In this document: piece by piece, positions 17,610 to 27,266 of the stretch
How positions within the stretch are numbered: the first letter of the stretch is position 1
Layout of the letters: each line of letters opens with the position of its first letter
DNA from: an uncultured Myxococcales bacterium
GTDB lineage: Bacteria; Myxococcota_A; UBA9042; DTJE01
Length of the DNA: 64,000 bases
Direction of reading: 5' to 3'
Assembly (NCBI GenBank): GCA_937975765.1
Contig: CALJUR010000108.1
Coordinates: forward strand, 1,574 to 65,573
Made by a program: the position numbers and the translations under genes
The notes under the pieces: generated by a model
Told to the model about the DNA's origin: nothing
What the model saw: the letters and a program-made list of their open reading frames with translations, nothing else
The model's database searches: none

Positions 17610-19241
17610 ATGCACCTTCGACCCGTGACCCTGGCAACCCAGGCGGCCGTCCTGATGCTGGCCGCGGCGTGCGGCGGCGGCGGCGACCCGTCGGGCCTCG
17701 TGCCGGCGGGGAAGGGACCGTTCGTGGAGGCGGCGCCGACGGCGGCCGAGGTGCAGGCCCGGCTGCAGGTGCTGGCGGCCGAGGGCGAGACGGCCGTGCC
17801 CGCGGACACGAGGGCCGCCCTCGCCGCGCACGTGCAGGACCCCGGGGAGATCACGCCGCCGATCGGGACCGAGCACCGCATCCCGGCCGACGCCGCCGGG
17901 TACTGGCACGGGCTGGGCGTGAAGGCCTTCGTGAAGGGGTCGGGGGCCACCGCGCTGTGGTGCTTCGCGCAGGCCGCGATGGCGAGGCCCGGCGACGGCT
18001 TCCTGCTGTCGCAGGCCGGTTTCGCGCTGGCGTACCAGGACCGGGCGGACGAGGCGCTGCCGCTGCTGCGGTACGCCGCGACGCGCGCCCCGGACGACGC
18101 GATCGTCCTGCAGAACGTCGCCTTCGCGTACCGGAAGGCCGGCGACCTGCCCCGGGCGACGTACTGGACGGCGAAGGCCCTGGCGGCGAACCCGGACGAC
18201 CCGCGGCTGCACCTGAAACTGGCGCGGCTGCTAAAAGAACGCGGCCAGCCCCAGGCGGCCCGGGCGCTGCTGGACGTGGCGGTCCGGCGCGCGCCGCGCG
18301 ACGAGGAGATCCAGGCGGCGCGCGAGGCGCTGCCGGCGGTGACGGGGGCGCTGGAGGCCGTGCCGCGGTCGTACGGCCGGGCGACGCGGGCGCTGGAGGG
18401 CGACGAAGGCGGTCCCGAGACGCTGCGCGAGGACGTCGCCGCCGCCGTCGCGGAAGCCGACGCGGACTACGAGGCGCAGTCGAAGCTGGCCGAGGACGAG
18501 ATCCAGCGCGAGACCGCCGCGCGACAAGCGGAGCACTACGACCACGTCGCCGACGCCGGGGCCTGCATGAACGGCTGCGGGGGCGGGGAGGGCTGCAGCG
18601 CGCAGTGCCAGGCGGCGTTCTGCAGCGCCGAGGAGGCGTCGCACGCCGCGTTCGCGGGCCTGGTGCCGAGGTATGCGCCGCGGCTGCAAGGCCTGGCCGT
18701 CGCGCACGCCGCGGCGGTCGAGGCCGCGACCTGGGACGCGGTGGCGCGCTGGCACGGCAAGGCGTCCGACGAGGCGCTGGCCGACGAGATCGACCAGATG
18801 GAGCGCAATGTCGCCGGGATGCACCAGGCGTCGACGATGTACTACCCGATGGTCGAGGGGTCGATCGCCGCGGACCGCGCGACGTTCGAGGCGTCCTGCC
18901 AGTTGGGCGTGCTGGACCTGGGGGGGCTCTGGGACGCCGAGGACGAGGACCCGCTGCAGTATGACGTCTGCTTCGACGGCTTCCTGTGCCTGGGCGTCAA
19001 CGACAGCACCGTCACGGTCGAGGGCGGCTTCGGGCCGCTGCAGGGCGAGGTCGGGTTCGACCTGGGCACCGGCGACTTCTCGCTGGGGATCGGGCTGGGC
19101 GCGCGGGACCCGACCGGCATGATCCGCGGGACGGCCCTGGTGAAGTTCCACACCGACAAGGGCGTCGGCGTCGGCGTGGACGTGAAGGTGGGCCCGGCGC
19201 TGGCGATCAAGGCGTCCCGCGACGTCTGGCTGACGGACTGA
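17610..19241 (+). CDS. TPR-repeat lipoprotein with C-terminal Cys cluster
   Basis: Lipobox in MHLRPVTLATQAAVLMLAAACGG. TPR-like helices (ALWCFAQAAMARPGDGFLLSQAGFALAYQDRADEALPLL...). Alternative ATG at 17598. Confidence 0.55.
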   Translation: MHLRPVTLATQAAVLMLAAACGGGGDPSGLVPAGKGPFVEAAPTAAEVQARLQVLAAEGETAVPADTRAALAAHVQDPGEITPPIGTEHRIPADAAGYWHGLGVKAFVKGSGATALWCFAQAAMARPGDGFLLSQAGFALAYQDRADEALPLLRYAATRAPDDAIVLQNVAFAYRKAGDLPRATYWTAKALAANPDDPRLHLKLARLLKERGQPQAARALLDVAVRRAPRDEEIQAAREALPAVTGALEAVPRSYGRATRALEGDEGGPETLREDVAAAVAEADADYEAQSKLAEDEIQRETAARQAEHYDHVADAGACMNGCGGGEGCSAQCQAAFCSAEEASHAAFAGLVPRYAPRLQGLAVAHAAAVEAATWDAVARWHGKASDEALADEIDQMERNVAGMHQASTMYYPMVEGSIAADRATFEASCQLGVLDLGGLWDAEDEDPLQYDVCFDGFLCLGVNDSTVTVEGGFGPLQGEVGFDLGTGDFSLGIGLGARDPTGMIRGTALVKFHTDKGVGVGVDVKVGPALAIKASRDVWLTD

Positions 19242-19358
19242 CCGTGGCGGGGGCCCCGTCCCCTGGCGGCGCCCACGATGGGCGCCGTACCTGTGCGGGA
19301 AGACCGCCAGGCAACGCAACGCCCGCCTGCCCGAACCCCCGGCCATGGCTTCCACGCC

Positions 19359-19412
19359 GGCCCGGGAAATGGCAGGATCGCTGGGCAAATGCACAGAATC
19401 CGTCAGGACGGA
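19359..19412 (+). promoter_or_regulatory. conserved ~50-nt non-coding element, copy 2, immediately upstream of a small secreted-protein gene
   Basis: CCCGGG-AAATGGCAGGATCGC-TGGGCAAATGCACAGAATCCGTCAGGACGG is followed by GGAAGGAGG-N5-ATG. Homologous to 8045..8094. Confidence 0.35.
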
Positions 19413-19423
19413 AGGAGGTCATC

Positions 19424-19720
19424 ATGCGCGCGCTCGTGACAGGGGCTGCATTCCTGCTGTTGTCGGGCGTCGCGAACGCCGACTCGCTTCACGGGAACTG
19501 CTTCCAGGAGAAGGGCGCCCCTTGTACCCCGAACCGGAAGATCACGACCGACGCGGGCACCGGAACGGCCCGGATCGATCCCCGCTATGGGAACTACGAA
19601 CTGGACCTGGGGGACATGGAGGATCGCATCGTGACCGTGTTCTGCGACGGAAGGAAGGTCGGTTCGCTGCGGGTGCAAGGACGGACGCTGTTCGTGGTCC
19701 GCTGCGACCCGTACCGCTGA
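19424..19720 (+). CDS. small secreted protein (98 aa)
   Basis: Perfect SD GGAAGGAGG 5 nt upstream. Signal peptide MRALVTGAAFLLLSGVANA. Four Cys. Confidence 0.5.
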   Translation: MRALVTGAAFLLLSGVANADSLHGNCFQEKGAPCTPNRKITTDAGTGTARIDPRYGNYELDLGDMEDRIVTVFCDGRKVGSLRVQGRTLFVVRCDPYR

Positions 19721-20008
19721 ACCGCGCCCTGTCCCTGGTCGGGACGTGCCGTGCAGGTGGGTCCCGCACGGAAGAACAAGGTGTCCCGGGACTCGTCCGT
19801 TTCGAACCGGCGAAGGGCCCTGCGGTTCTCGCCGCCTCGATGACCGTCCCGTCGCCGGCCAGCGCGCCGGCCATCGAGCCCAGCCGATTCCCGTCGCCGC
19901 GAGGAACCGATCCAGCCGCTGCGTGCCAGTGAACCGGACTTCATCCGCAATCCCGCAAGAAACCAGGACAGCGGTGCCCATTCGCGACACCTTCCGGGGC
20001 CCCCGACC

Positions 20009-21106
20009 TTACATCGGCGGCAGCGGCATCCGGTAGATCCCGCCGTCGTGCCAGTCGGCGTAGCCTTCCGTCACCCAGTACACCCAGCCGGGCGCGGCCG
20101 CGACCGCCGTCGGCTGCTCCTGCCCGCCGGCCAGCACCCGCGCGACGCCGGTACCGGGGACCATTCCGAGGATCGCGCCGCACTGGTAGGTGCCCGGGTC
20201 GTCGTCGGTCGTCCCGACCCACTCGCCCCAGTCCGCCAGAAGCAGGGTCCCGCCCTGCACCGCCAGGTCCGCGATCGATCGCGCCTGCGGGTCGCCCAGA
20301 TCCTCGACCGCCCCGCCTGCCGCCGGCACGCGATGCACCCGGCCCCAGGCGACGAAGTACAGGTACCCGCCGGACAGCGCCAGGTACCCGGGCCGCGCCC
20401 CGCCTGCCCCGCCGTTGTCCAGCAGCGTCGAGACCGTCCCGTCGGCCCGGGACATCGCCTGCACGTATGCGCGACGGCCCGCGTCGTCACCCGACGTGGC
20501 CACGGACCAGTACACCCGGTCGTCGTCCGCCAGCACCTCCCGCAGGTGCGTCAGCCCCGACCGCAGTACCACGGACGCGCCCCCGGTCGCCGGCATCCGG
20601 CGCACCTCGCCGTCCGGCGCGCCCTCCTGCAGGCCCCACTCGTCCGACAGCGTGAAGAACAGGTCGTCCCCGTGCACCGCGAACGCGAAGACCCGGCCCT
20701 GCACCAGCACGGTCGGCGTCCCGCCCGCGACGGGCACCGATACGATTCGCGCGCAGGTCGGCGCCGGCGTGGGGCAGGGGTCCAGCCAGAACGCCGTCCC
20801 GCCCGACACGACCAGGTGGTTTCGCAGCAGTGCTTCCGGGGCGTCCGAGGCCGCCAGCCGCTGCGCCGCACCGCCTTCCGCCGGGACGCGCATCAGCACG
20901 CCGCGCACGCTGCTGTCCGTGACGCGTTCGGGGTCCAGCCAGTAGACCCAGCGGTCCGACACCGCCAGGTCCCGGACCGGGTACGACACCCGCGCCAGCC
21001 GCGTCCCCTCGGGGTCGCAGGGGCCGCCCGCCCCGGAGCAGTCAGACAGGAATGAAAGTCCCGCCGCCGCCAGCAGCGGCGCGAAGCGGAGGATCCCCTT
21101 GTCCAC
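20009..21106 (-). CDS. lipoprotein, probable beta-propeller (repeated YWxD/YWV blades)
   Basis: GTG start with GGGGAGG 6 nt upstream gives VDKGILRFAPLLAAAGLSFLSDC (lipobox). Repeats RWVYWLD, TAFWLD, RVYWSV, YLYFVAW, WVYWVTEG. The track's TTG start at 21166 is less likely. Confidence 0.55.
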   Translation of the reverse strand: MDKGILRFAPLLAAAGLSFLSDCSGAGGPCDPEGTRLARVSYPVRDLAVSDRWVYWLDPERVTDSSVRGVLMRVPAEGGAAQRLAASDAPEALLRNHLVVSGGTAFWLDPCPTPAPTCARIVSVPVAGGTPTVLVQGRVFAFAVHGDDLFFTLSDEWGLQEGAPDGEVRRMPATGGASVVLRSGLTHLREVLADDDRVYWSVATSGDDAGRRAYVQAMSRADGTVSTLLDNGGAGGARPGYLALSGGYLYFVAWGRVHRVPAAGGAVEDLGDPQARSIADLAVQGGTLLLADWGEWVGTTDDDPGTYQCGAILGMVPGTGVARVLAGGQEQPTAVAAAPGWVYWVTEGYADWHDGGIYRMPLPPM

Positions 21107-21137
21107 GATCGGCCTCCCCGGACGTCTCCGACCGGAT

Positions 21138-21164
21138 TGTAGGGCGGGGGCCCTGTTTCCCGCC
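21138..21164. repeat. REP-like GC-rich palindromic element (TGTAGGGCGGGGGCCC...CCCGCC), variant copy
   Basis: Shares TGTAGGGCGGGGGCCC and the CCCGCC arm with the elements at 45205, 46625 and 58302. Confidence 0.4.
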
Positions 21165-21185
21165 AACGATCATCGCGTTTACGTG

Positions 21186-21222
21186 GAGTTGCATCATCAA
21201 TAATGGTGACTGTCCCTGAATT
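21186..21222. repeat. 35-bp inverted-repeat arm A (GAGTTGCATCATCAATAATGGTGACTGTCCCTGAATT) in a local AT-rich island
   Basis: Reverse complement matches 29265..29296 at about 30 of 35 positions. Its 3' 20 nt also match 29368..29386 in direct orientation. Confidence 0.55.
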
Positions 21223-21229
21223 GGGGGCG

Positions 21230-22459
21230 TCAGTCCAGGGAGCGGGGGCGGCCGGCGTCCTCCTCGTCGCGGGTGATGCAGCGGACGCCGCCCAGGTCCA
21301 TCGCGGCGACGCAGCGGTTGCAGTGGTCGCAGTCGGACCCGTCGGACTGGCCCCGGGCCATCCGGGACGGCAGGCCGGGGTCGCGGATCAGCGCCCGTCC
21401 CATCACCACGAACCCGAAGCCCGCCTCGCGGGCCCTCTCGATGTCCGCCCGGTCGCAGACGCCGCCGACCAGCGCCGCCGGAACCTTCAGCGCCTTCGCC
21501 ACCGGCGCGCCGTCGCGCAGGAAGAACGTGCGGTCGAACGGGTACTCGCGGACCACCAGCCGCCCGAAACAGGCCAGCCCCAGCCGGCGCAGCGGGTCCG
21601 CCTCGTTGCGCACCATGCGGCGCACCGGGACCTCGCCGCGCAGCATGTAGAACGGCGTGCGGCTGGTGAAGCCGCCGCTGGTCACGATCGCGTCCGCCCC
21701 GGCCGCCTCGAACCGCGTCGCGACCCCGACCGCCTCCGCCGGCGTCAGCCCGCCCCGGAAGCCGTCGTCCACGTTGGCCTTCACCAGCACGGCCATGCCC
21801 GGCCCCGCCGACTCGCGCACCCGCGTCACGACCTCGGCCGGCCAGCGGCACCGCGCGTCCAGGTCCCCGCCCAGCGCGTCGCGCCGCCGGTTCGTGTGCG
21901 GCGACAGGAACTGGCTCAGCAGGTACCCGTGCCCGGCGTGCACCTCGACCGCGTCGAAGCCCGCCTCGCGCGCCAGCCGCGTCGTCCGTACGAAGTCCCC
22001 CGCCACGCGTTCCAGGTCCCCCGCGCCCATCGCCCGCGGCCACGACAGCCGGAACAGGCAGAAGACCGCCGACGGCGCCACCGCCCGCCCCCCGATGACC
22101 CGCGGGTCCGAGAACCGCCCGCAGTGGCCGATCTGCAGGCTGGCCGCGCACCCCTCGGCATGCACCGCGTCGGTCAGCCGGCGCAGGTCCGGCACGATCT
22201 CGGGGCGCATCCACATCTCGGTGCCGTAGGAACGCCCGTCCGCGCTGACCGAGCAGTACGCGACCGTGGTCATCGCCGCGCCGCCCGCCGCCACCTCGCG
22301 GTGGTGTTCCCGCAGCGCCTCGGACGGCGCGCCGCCCGGGCACATCCCCTCGAAGCAGCCCGACCGCAGCACCCGGTTCCTCAGGCGCAGCGGCCCCAGC
22401 GCGGCCGGTTCGAACGCCCAGCCAGCCGCGGAGGTCCCGTCCGTCCCGCCCCCGCTCAT
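21230..22459 (-). CDS. NADH:flavin oxidoreductase, Old Yellow Enzyme family
   Basis: OYE signature HAGHGYLLSQFLSP. TIM-barrel motifs. ATG 22457-22459 overlaps the SDR gene's TGA. Confidence 0.8.
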   Translation of the reverse strand: MSGGGTDGTSAAGWAFEPAALGPLRLRNRVLRSGCFEGMCPGGAPSEALREHHREVAAGGAAMTTVAYCSVSADGRSYGTEMWMRPEIVPDLRRLTDAVHAEGCAASLQIGHCGRFSDPRVIGGRAVAPSAVFCLFRLSWPRAMGAGDLERVAGDFVRTTRLAREAGFDAVEVHAGHGYLLSQFLSPHTNRRRDALGGDLDARCRWPAEVVTRVRESAGPGMAVLVKANVDDGFRGGLTPAEAVGVATRFEAAGADAIVTSGGFTSRTPFYMLRGEVPVRRMVRNEADPLRRLGLACFGRLVVREYPFDRTFFLRDGAPVAKALKVPAALVGGVCDRADIERAREAGFGFVVMGRALIRDPGLPSRMARGQSDGSDCDHCNRCVAAMDLGGVRCITRDEEDAGRPRSLD

Positions 22460-23313
22460 CGCGCCGCCTCCCGGCCCATGCCCCCCCCGCCGTCCCGCCA
22501 GGCCCGCATCGGCGCCGCGAACAGCCAGCCCAGCACCCGCACGTACAGCCGGAACGACAGCCGCCGCAGGATCCACAGCGGCCACAGTTCGCCGGGCATC
22601 AGCACGTGCCGCCGGTTCCAGCGCACCGCCCGCACCACCTTGCGGGCCGCACGTTCGGGCGACGCCGAGTGGCGCGCCATCAGCCCCACCAGCCGGTCCC
22701 GCAGCCCCCCCGGCAGCGCCAGCCGCCCGTCGGACAGCACCCGCGTCCGCAGCGACCCCGGGCACACCACCGTCACCCCGACCCCGACCGGCGCGACCTC
22801 ACACGCCAGCGACTCGGACATCGCGACCACCGCGGCCTTCGTCGCGCAGTACGGCACCACGCCGGGCAGCGGCACCAGCCCCGCCATCGACGCGACGTTG
22901 ACGACGTGCCCGGACCGGCGTTCCACCATGCCGGGCAGGAAGGCCCGCACCCCGTGTACCGTCGCCCACCAGTTCACGTCCGTGATCCACCGCCAGTCGT
23001 CGAAGGGGATCGCCTCGGCCCGGCCCGCCACGCAGACCCCGGCGCTGTTGACCAGCACGTCCACGCGCCCCTCGTCGGCCAGGATGCGCCCGGCCAGCGC
23101 CTGGACCGCCTCCCCGTCCGCGCAGTCCGCGGCGTACCCCGCAATCGCCAGGCCCGCCGCGCGCCCCTCGGCCTCCAGGGCCCGCGCCCGGTCCACCTGC
23201 ACGTCCACGCCGTGCACCCGCGCCCCGGCCCGAGCGAATTCCAGCGCCAGGCAGCGGCCCAGCCCGGACCCCGCCCCCGTCACGACCACCACGCGCCCCT
23301 TCAGGTCCCTCAT
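22456..23313 (-). CDS. short-chain dehydrogenase/reductase (SDR)
   Basis: TGAGSGLG cofactor motif, NSAG, and YxxxK in VPYCATKAA. Confidence 0.8.
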   Translation of the reverse strand: MRDLKGRVVVVTGAGSGLGRCLALEFARAGARVHGVDVQVDRARALEAEGRAAGLAIAGYAADCADGEAVQALAGRILADEGRVDVLVNSAGVCVAGRAEAIPFDDWRWITDVNWWATVHGVRAFLPGMVERRSGHVVNVASMAGLVPLPGVVPYCATKAAVVAMSESLACEVAPVGVGVTVVCPGSLRTRVLSDGRLALPGGLRDRLVGLMARHSASPERAARKVVRAVRWNRRHVLMPGELWPLWILRRLSFRLYVRVLGWLFAAPMRAWRDGGGGMGREAAR

Positions 23314-23323
23314 CGGGTTCCCC

Positions 23324-24007
23324 TTACAGCCGGAACAGCAGGCCCAGGTTCAGCGCGAATTCGTGCGCCCAGAACTTCTGGGTGTCCTCGGCCGTCAGGA
23401 GCGGGAAGTCCGGATCCTTGTACTTGCCCTCGTGCTTCATCCAGTGGAAGGAGTAGCCGAACTCCAGGAAGATCCCGTACCGCTTCAGGAACGTCCACGA
23501 CGCGCCGGCCAGCACCCCGACGTTGGCACCTACCCCGGTGCGCCCCTCGGTGACGCCTCTCAGTTCCTCGACCACCGACACGGTCAGGCCCACCGGCACC
23601 TTGCCGTAGACCTCCAACCGGTCGTCCAGAAGCCGGTACTTGCCCTTGAACAGCGCGTCGATATCCACCAGCGTCCCGTGGTCCGCCATCGGCGTGCCCT
23701 TGGGCCAGGCCTCGTCCGCCTGCCACCACAGCGCCGCCACGCGCCCGCCCACGTCCAGGTACGGCAGCACCTCGTACAGCGCGTGCACGCCGAAGCCGCC
23801 CGTCGGGTCCAGTTCCGGGTCGTCCTCGGTATCGAAGAACTCGCTGGTGTAGGTCCCCTCGTCGCCGACGCCCAGCATGCCGGCGATGCCGATCTCGACC
23901 TTCGCGGGCGAGTCGGCCCGCGCGGGCAGGGCGGCCAGCAGCAGGGGCAGCAGCAGCGCCGGCAACGCGATCCGCGGCGCGAGGAAAAGGGGTTCATGAC
24001 GCATCAC
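23324..24007 (-). CDS. small outer-membrane beta-barrel protein (OmpW/OmpA-like)
   Basis: Signal peptide MMRHEPLFLAPRIALPALLLPLLLAALPARA. Alternating beta-strand pattern, C-terminal ...NLGLLFRL. Confidence 0.5.
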   Translation of the reverse strand: MMRHEPLFLAPRIALPALLLPLLLAALPARADSPAKVEIGIAGMLGVGDEGTYTSEFFDTEDDPELDPTGGFGVHALYEVLPYLDVGGRVAALWWQADEAWPKGTPMADHGTLVDIDALFKGKYRLLDDRLEVYGKVPVGLTVSVVEELRGVTEGRTGVGANVGVLAGASWTFLKRYGIFLEFGYSFHWMKHEGKYKDPDFPLLTAEDTQKFWAHEFALNLGLLFRL

Positions 24008-24140
24008 CAGGGCCTCCCGGGTCCAAGTTGGACGCGTATCCTAGCAGTCCGGATGCCCTCCCGGCAACGCATCGAGGTTGACTCAGCGCGTCATCCGGTT
24101 TACTGGAAACCCGGCCCCCCTCATGGAGGAAGTCACGCCC

Positions 24141-25916
24141 ATGACCGATCATCGCAACCCCCGCCGGGCCTTCGCGGCATGCGCCTTGCTTGCAGCAACC
24201 TGCCTGCTGGCGGCCGCGTGCTCCAGCGTCAGCCTCGAGGAATCCCCTCCCTACGACTACGCGACGAAGCCGATCGCGATCGCGAACCCGGACTGGGGCG
24301 TGATCCCGCTGCCGAACGACTTCCTGAACCCGGTGAAGCAGGCGTCCATCGTCCGCATCCCCGGCGTCGAGGCCCCAGCGGCGGCGCCGACCACGATGGC
24401 GATCCCGATCCTCGACAGGGCGGCGGCGGACAAGGCCCAGGACCTGGGCTACCCGATCGCCGAGGACGACCCGCTGTCGAAGGCCCTGCTGGCGGGCCAG
24501 AACCGGCTGGACGGCTTCATGGCCTCGTTCGCGCCGTCCATCCCGTTCTCGCGCAAGGTGGACATGGCATCGCTGGTGCCCTACCAGGGCGACAACGCGG
24601 CCGACGCCAACCTCTTCTTCCTGGACGTGACGGACCCGGCCCAGCCGGTCCCGATCGGCGCGGACGGCTATGCCCGCCTGTTCGACTGGCAGATGGCCGG
24701 GCAGATGCCCTACTCGCTCAGCCTGCGCCTGACCGATCCCGAGGCGTATCCCCCGACGAAGGACTTCACGCCCGGCCACTCGTACCTGGTCGTGGCGACC
24801 GGCTGGACCGACAAGGGCCTGAAGGCGCTGCCCGACGTCGAGGGCCAGCCCTCCGTGCCGTTCGTGTCCGACTCGCCGTTCCAGTTGTTCGCGGCGCCGG
24901 TCACGTTCCCCGACGACGCCGTGCCGGTCGGCGGGACCACCTACATCGGCCCCGACGGCGGCCCCCGCAGCGGCGTCGTGTCGGGCCTGGACGCCGCGCG
25001 CGAACTGGAGGGCGGCCGCCAGTTGACCGACTGGGCGCTGCAGGTCTGGGAGGCGCTGCCGGGCGTGAAGGACGCCTGGACCCGCGACCAGGTCGTGGTG
25101 GCGTACTCGTTCACGGTCGCCACCAACCCGATGCCGGACTACTTCGACCCGGTGGCCGCCTTCCTGGGCGGCAACGCCGTGCGGCCCCAGCCCTCCGACG
25201 CGGTGGACGGCAGCGGTGCGCTCCTGGCGGCCGACGCATCCTGCGACACGACGCTGGACTTCACGCTGGACAAGGAGATCGCGGTCGCGTCCGCGAACGG
25301 CGCGACGGTCCGGCTGTTCCGGTACGACGCGGCCGCGGCGAAGAAGTACACCCAGGTGCCCCTGGACGTCGTCGCGACGAACGCGCAGGGCACGGCGTCG
25401 GTCACCGCGACCCCGAAGGCGCCCCTGGCCGCCGACAGCCTGTACGTGGCGGCCATCACGAACGGCATCACGAACCCGGCCGGCACCCGCACCGCCGTGG
25501 ACCAGACCTATTTCGGCCTGACCCGCGCGGCGTACCTGCAGGCGGACGCGGTCACCGGCGCCGTGACCTTCCTGGACACGCCGCTGGTCGGGCAGGACAT
25601 CGAGTTCCCCGAGGATCCGACGAAGCTGACCTGGAAGTCGAAGTACCTGGACAGCCGGCTGGACACGCTGATCCTGAACGGGGTCACGGACACGGTGACG
25701 AAGGAAGACCGCGATGCGGCCGGCGCGACGCTGGTGCAGATCCTTTCCTACCTCGAACGGATGAGGGCGATCTACAAGCCGCACATCGACTGGCTGGTCC
25801 TGGGCGACGACGGCCGGCCCGGCCAGCCCGGCGAACCGGACGTCGACAACGTGGTCGCCCAGCGCGAGGACCTCGTGCTGGTCTGGACCTTCACCACCGG
25901 CGCCTGCGCGCAGTAG
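24141..25916 (+). CDS. lipoprotein of unknown function (591 aa)
   Basis: GGAGGAAG RBS. Lipobox in MTDHRNPRRAFAACALLAATCLLAAACSS. Confidence 0.55.
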   Translation: MTDHRNPRRAFAACALLAATCLLAAACSSVSLEESPPYDYATKPIAIANPDWGVIPLPNDFLNPVKQASIVRIPGVEAPAAAPTTMAIPILDRAAADKAQDLGYPIAEDDPLSKALLAGQNRLDGFMASFAPSIPFSRKVDMASLVPYQGDNAADANLFFLDVTDPAQPVPIGADGYARLFDWQMAGQMPYSLSLRLTDPEAYPPTKDFTPGHSYLVVATGWTDKGLKALPDVEGQPSVPFVSDSPFQLFAAPVTFPDDAVPVGGTTYIGPDGGPRSGVVSGLDAARELEGGRQLTDWALQVWEALPGVKDAWTRDQVVVAYSFTVATNPMPDYFDPVAAFLGGNAVRPQPSDAVDGSGALLAADASCDTTLDFTLDKEIAVASANGATVRLFRYDAAAAKKYTQVPLDVVATNAQGTASVTATPKAPLAADSLYVAAITNGITNPAGTRTAVDQTYFGLTRAAYLQADAVTGAVTFLDTPLVGQDIEFPEDPTKLTWKSKYLDSRLDTLILNGVTDTVTKEDRDAAGATLVQILSYLERMRAIYKPHIDWLVLGDDGRPGQPGEPDVDNVVAQREDLVLVWTFTTGACAQ

Positions 25917-25934
25917 GAAAGGAGGAACGTCGCC

Positions 25935-27233
25935 ATGCGGAAGCACGCAATCATCCTGGGCATCGCGGCGGCGGTCGGCCTCCTGCTGGAGGCGTCCGCG
26001 GCGCGGGCCAACGGGTTCTACATCCAGGAGATGTCCGCGGCGGGCATGGGCCAGGGCATGGCCATCGTGGCCGGCAACGGCCGCCCGACCGCCCAGTACC
26101 ACAACGCGTCCGCCCTGTCGTTCCTGAAGGGCGGCTACCTGGAGTTCAGCGGCACGACCTACCTGTTCACCGGCGGGTACGAGAACCCGCAGGGGCAGAA
26201 GACGTCGCCCACGACCGCCCCGATCTTCGTGCCGTCCTTCTTCGCGTCCTACAAGGTCAACGACTGGCTGGCGGTCGGCCTGTCCGAGTTCACCAACTTC
26301 GGCCTGAAGATCCGCTGGCCGAAGGACTGGGAAGGACGCACCATCGCCATCGAGTCCGGCATGGAAACCTTCACGATCAACCCGAACGTCAGTTTCGGGC
26401 CGTTCAAGGGCTTCGCGGTCGGCGTCGGCTTCAACGCCATGCACGGCTCGTTCCGGATCCTGCGCGCGCTGGCGCTGGGCCAGAACCCTACCGGCGAGGC
26501 GGACGTGCCGAACACCGTGGACATCCAGGGCGCGGCGTGGGGCTACGGGGTGAACGTCGGCCTGATGTACCAGCCGCTGGACTGGATGCGCATCGGCCTG
26601 GGCTACCGCTCGGGCATCAAGATCCAGGCCGACGAGGGCACGATGGACTTCGACGTGTCCTCGCCGTTCGCGTCGCGCTTCCCGGACCAGCGCTTCAAGG
26701 CGTCGATCCAGTTGCCGCACCTGGTGTTCGGCGGCATCCGGTTCTGGCCGAGGAAGAACCTGTCCCTGGAACTGGACGCCCAGTGGGTGCAGTGGTCGTC
26801 CTACGACAAGCTGCGCTTCGAACTTCAGAAGGGCCTGGTCGTCGGCCCGAACAAGAAGCAGATGGTGCTGGAGGAGGTCAAGGACTACCAGGACGCCGTG
26901 CAACTGCGCGTCGGCATGGACTGGGCGATCCTGGACGAGCACCTGTCCCTGCGCCTGGGCTTCCTGTGGGACCAGAACCCCGTGCCGGACAAGTCCGTGG
27001 ACCCGACGCTGCCGGATACCCAGCGCGTGATGCCGTGCATCAGCCTGGGCACCCAGTGGTCGGGCTTCTTCGTGGACGTCGCGTACATGCCGGTCATCGG
27101 CCTGGACCGCAAGGTCACGCTGAAGGACGGCGCCCCGATGGAAGGCACGTACACCAGTGTGACCCACGACTTCACGTTCACGGTCGGATACCATTGGGAC
27201 ACGGTCAAGTCGAAGCCGGTCGAGTCCCCGTAG
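25935..27233 (+). CDS. outer-membrane long-chain fatty acid / hydrophobic compound transporter, FadL/TodX/OmpP1 family
   Basis: Signal peptide followed by N-terminal hatch NGFYIQEMSAAGMGQGMAIVAG. AGGAAAGGAGGAA RBS. Confidence 0.8.
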   Translation: MRKHAIILGIAAAVGLLLEASAARANGFYIQEMSAAGMGQGMAIVAGNGRPTAQYHNASALSFLKGGYLEFSGTTYLFTGGYENPQGQKTSPTTAPIFVPSFFASYKVNDWLAVGLSEFTNFGLKIRWPKDWEGRTIAIESGMETFTINPNVSFGPFKGFAVGVGFNAMHGSFRILRALALGQNPTGEADVPNTVDIQGAAWGYGVNVGLMYQPLDWMRIGLGYRSGIKIQADEGTMDFDVSSPFASRFPDQRFKASIQLPHLVFGGIRFWPRKNLSLELDAQWVQWSSYDKLRFELQKGLVVGPNKKQMVLEEVKDYQDAVQLRVGMDWAILDEHLSLRLGFLWDQNPVPDKSVDPTLPDTQRVMPCISLGTQWSGFFVDVAYMPVIGLDRKVTLKDGAPMEGTYTSVTHDFTFTVGYHWDTVKSKPVESP

Positions 27234-27266
27234 CCTGGCCGGCGCCCGCGTCGAAAGGAGGAGAAC

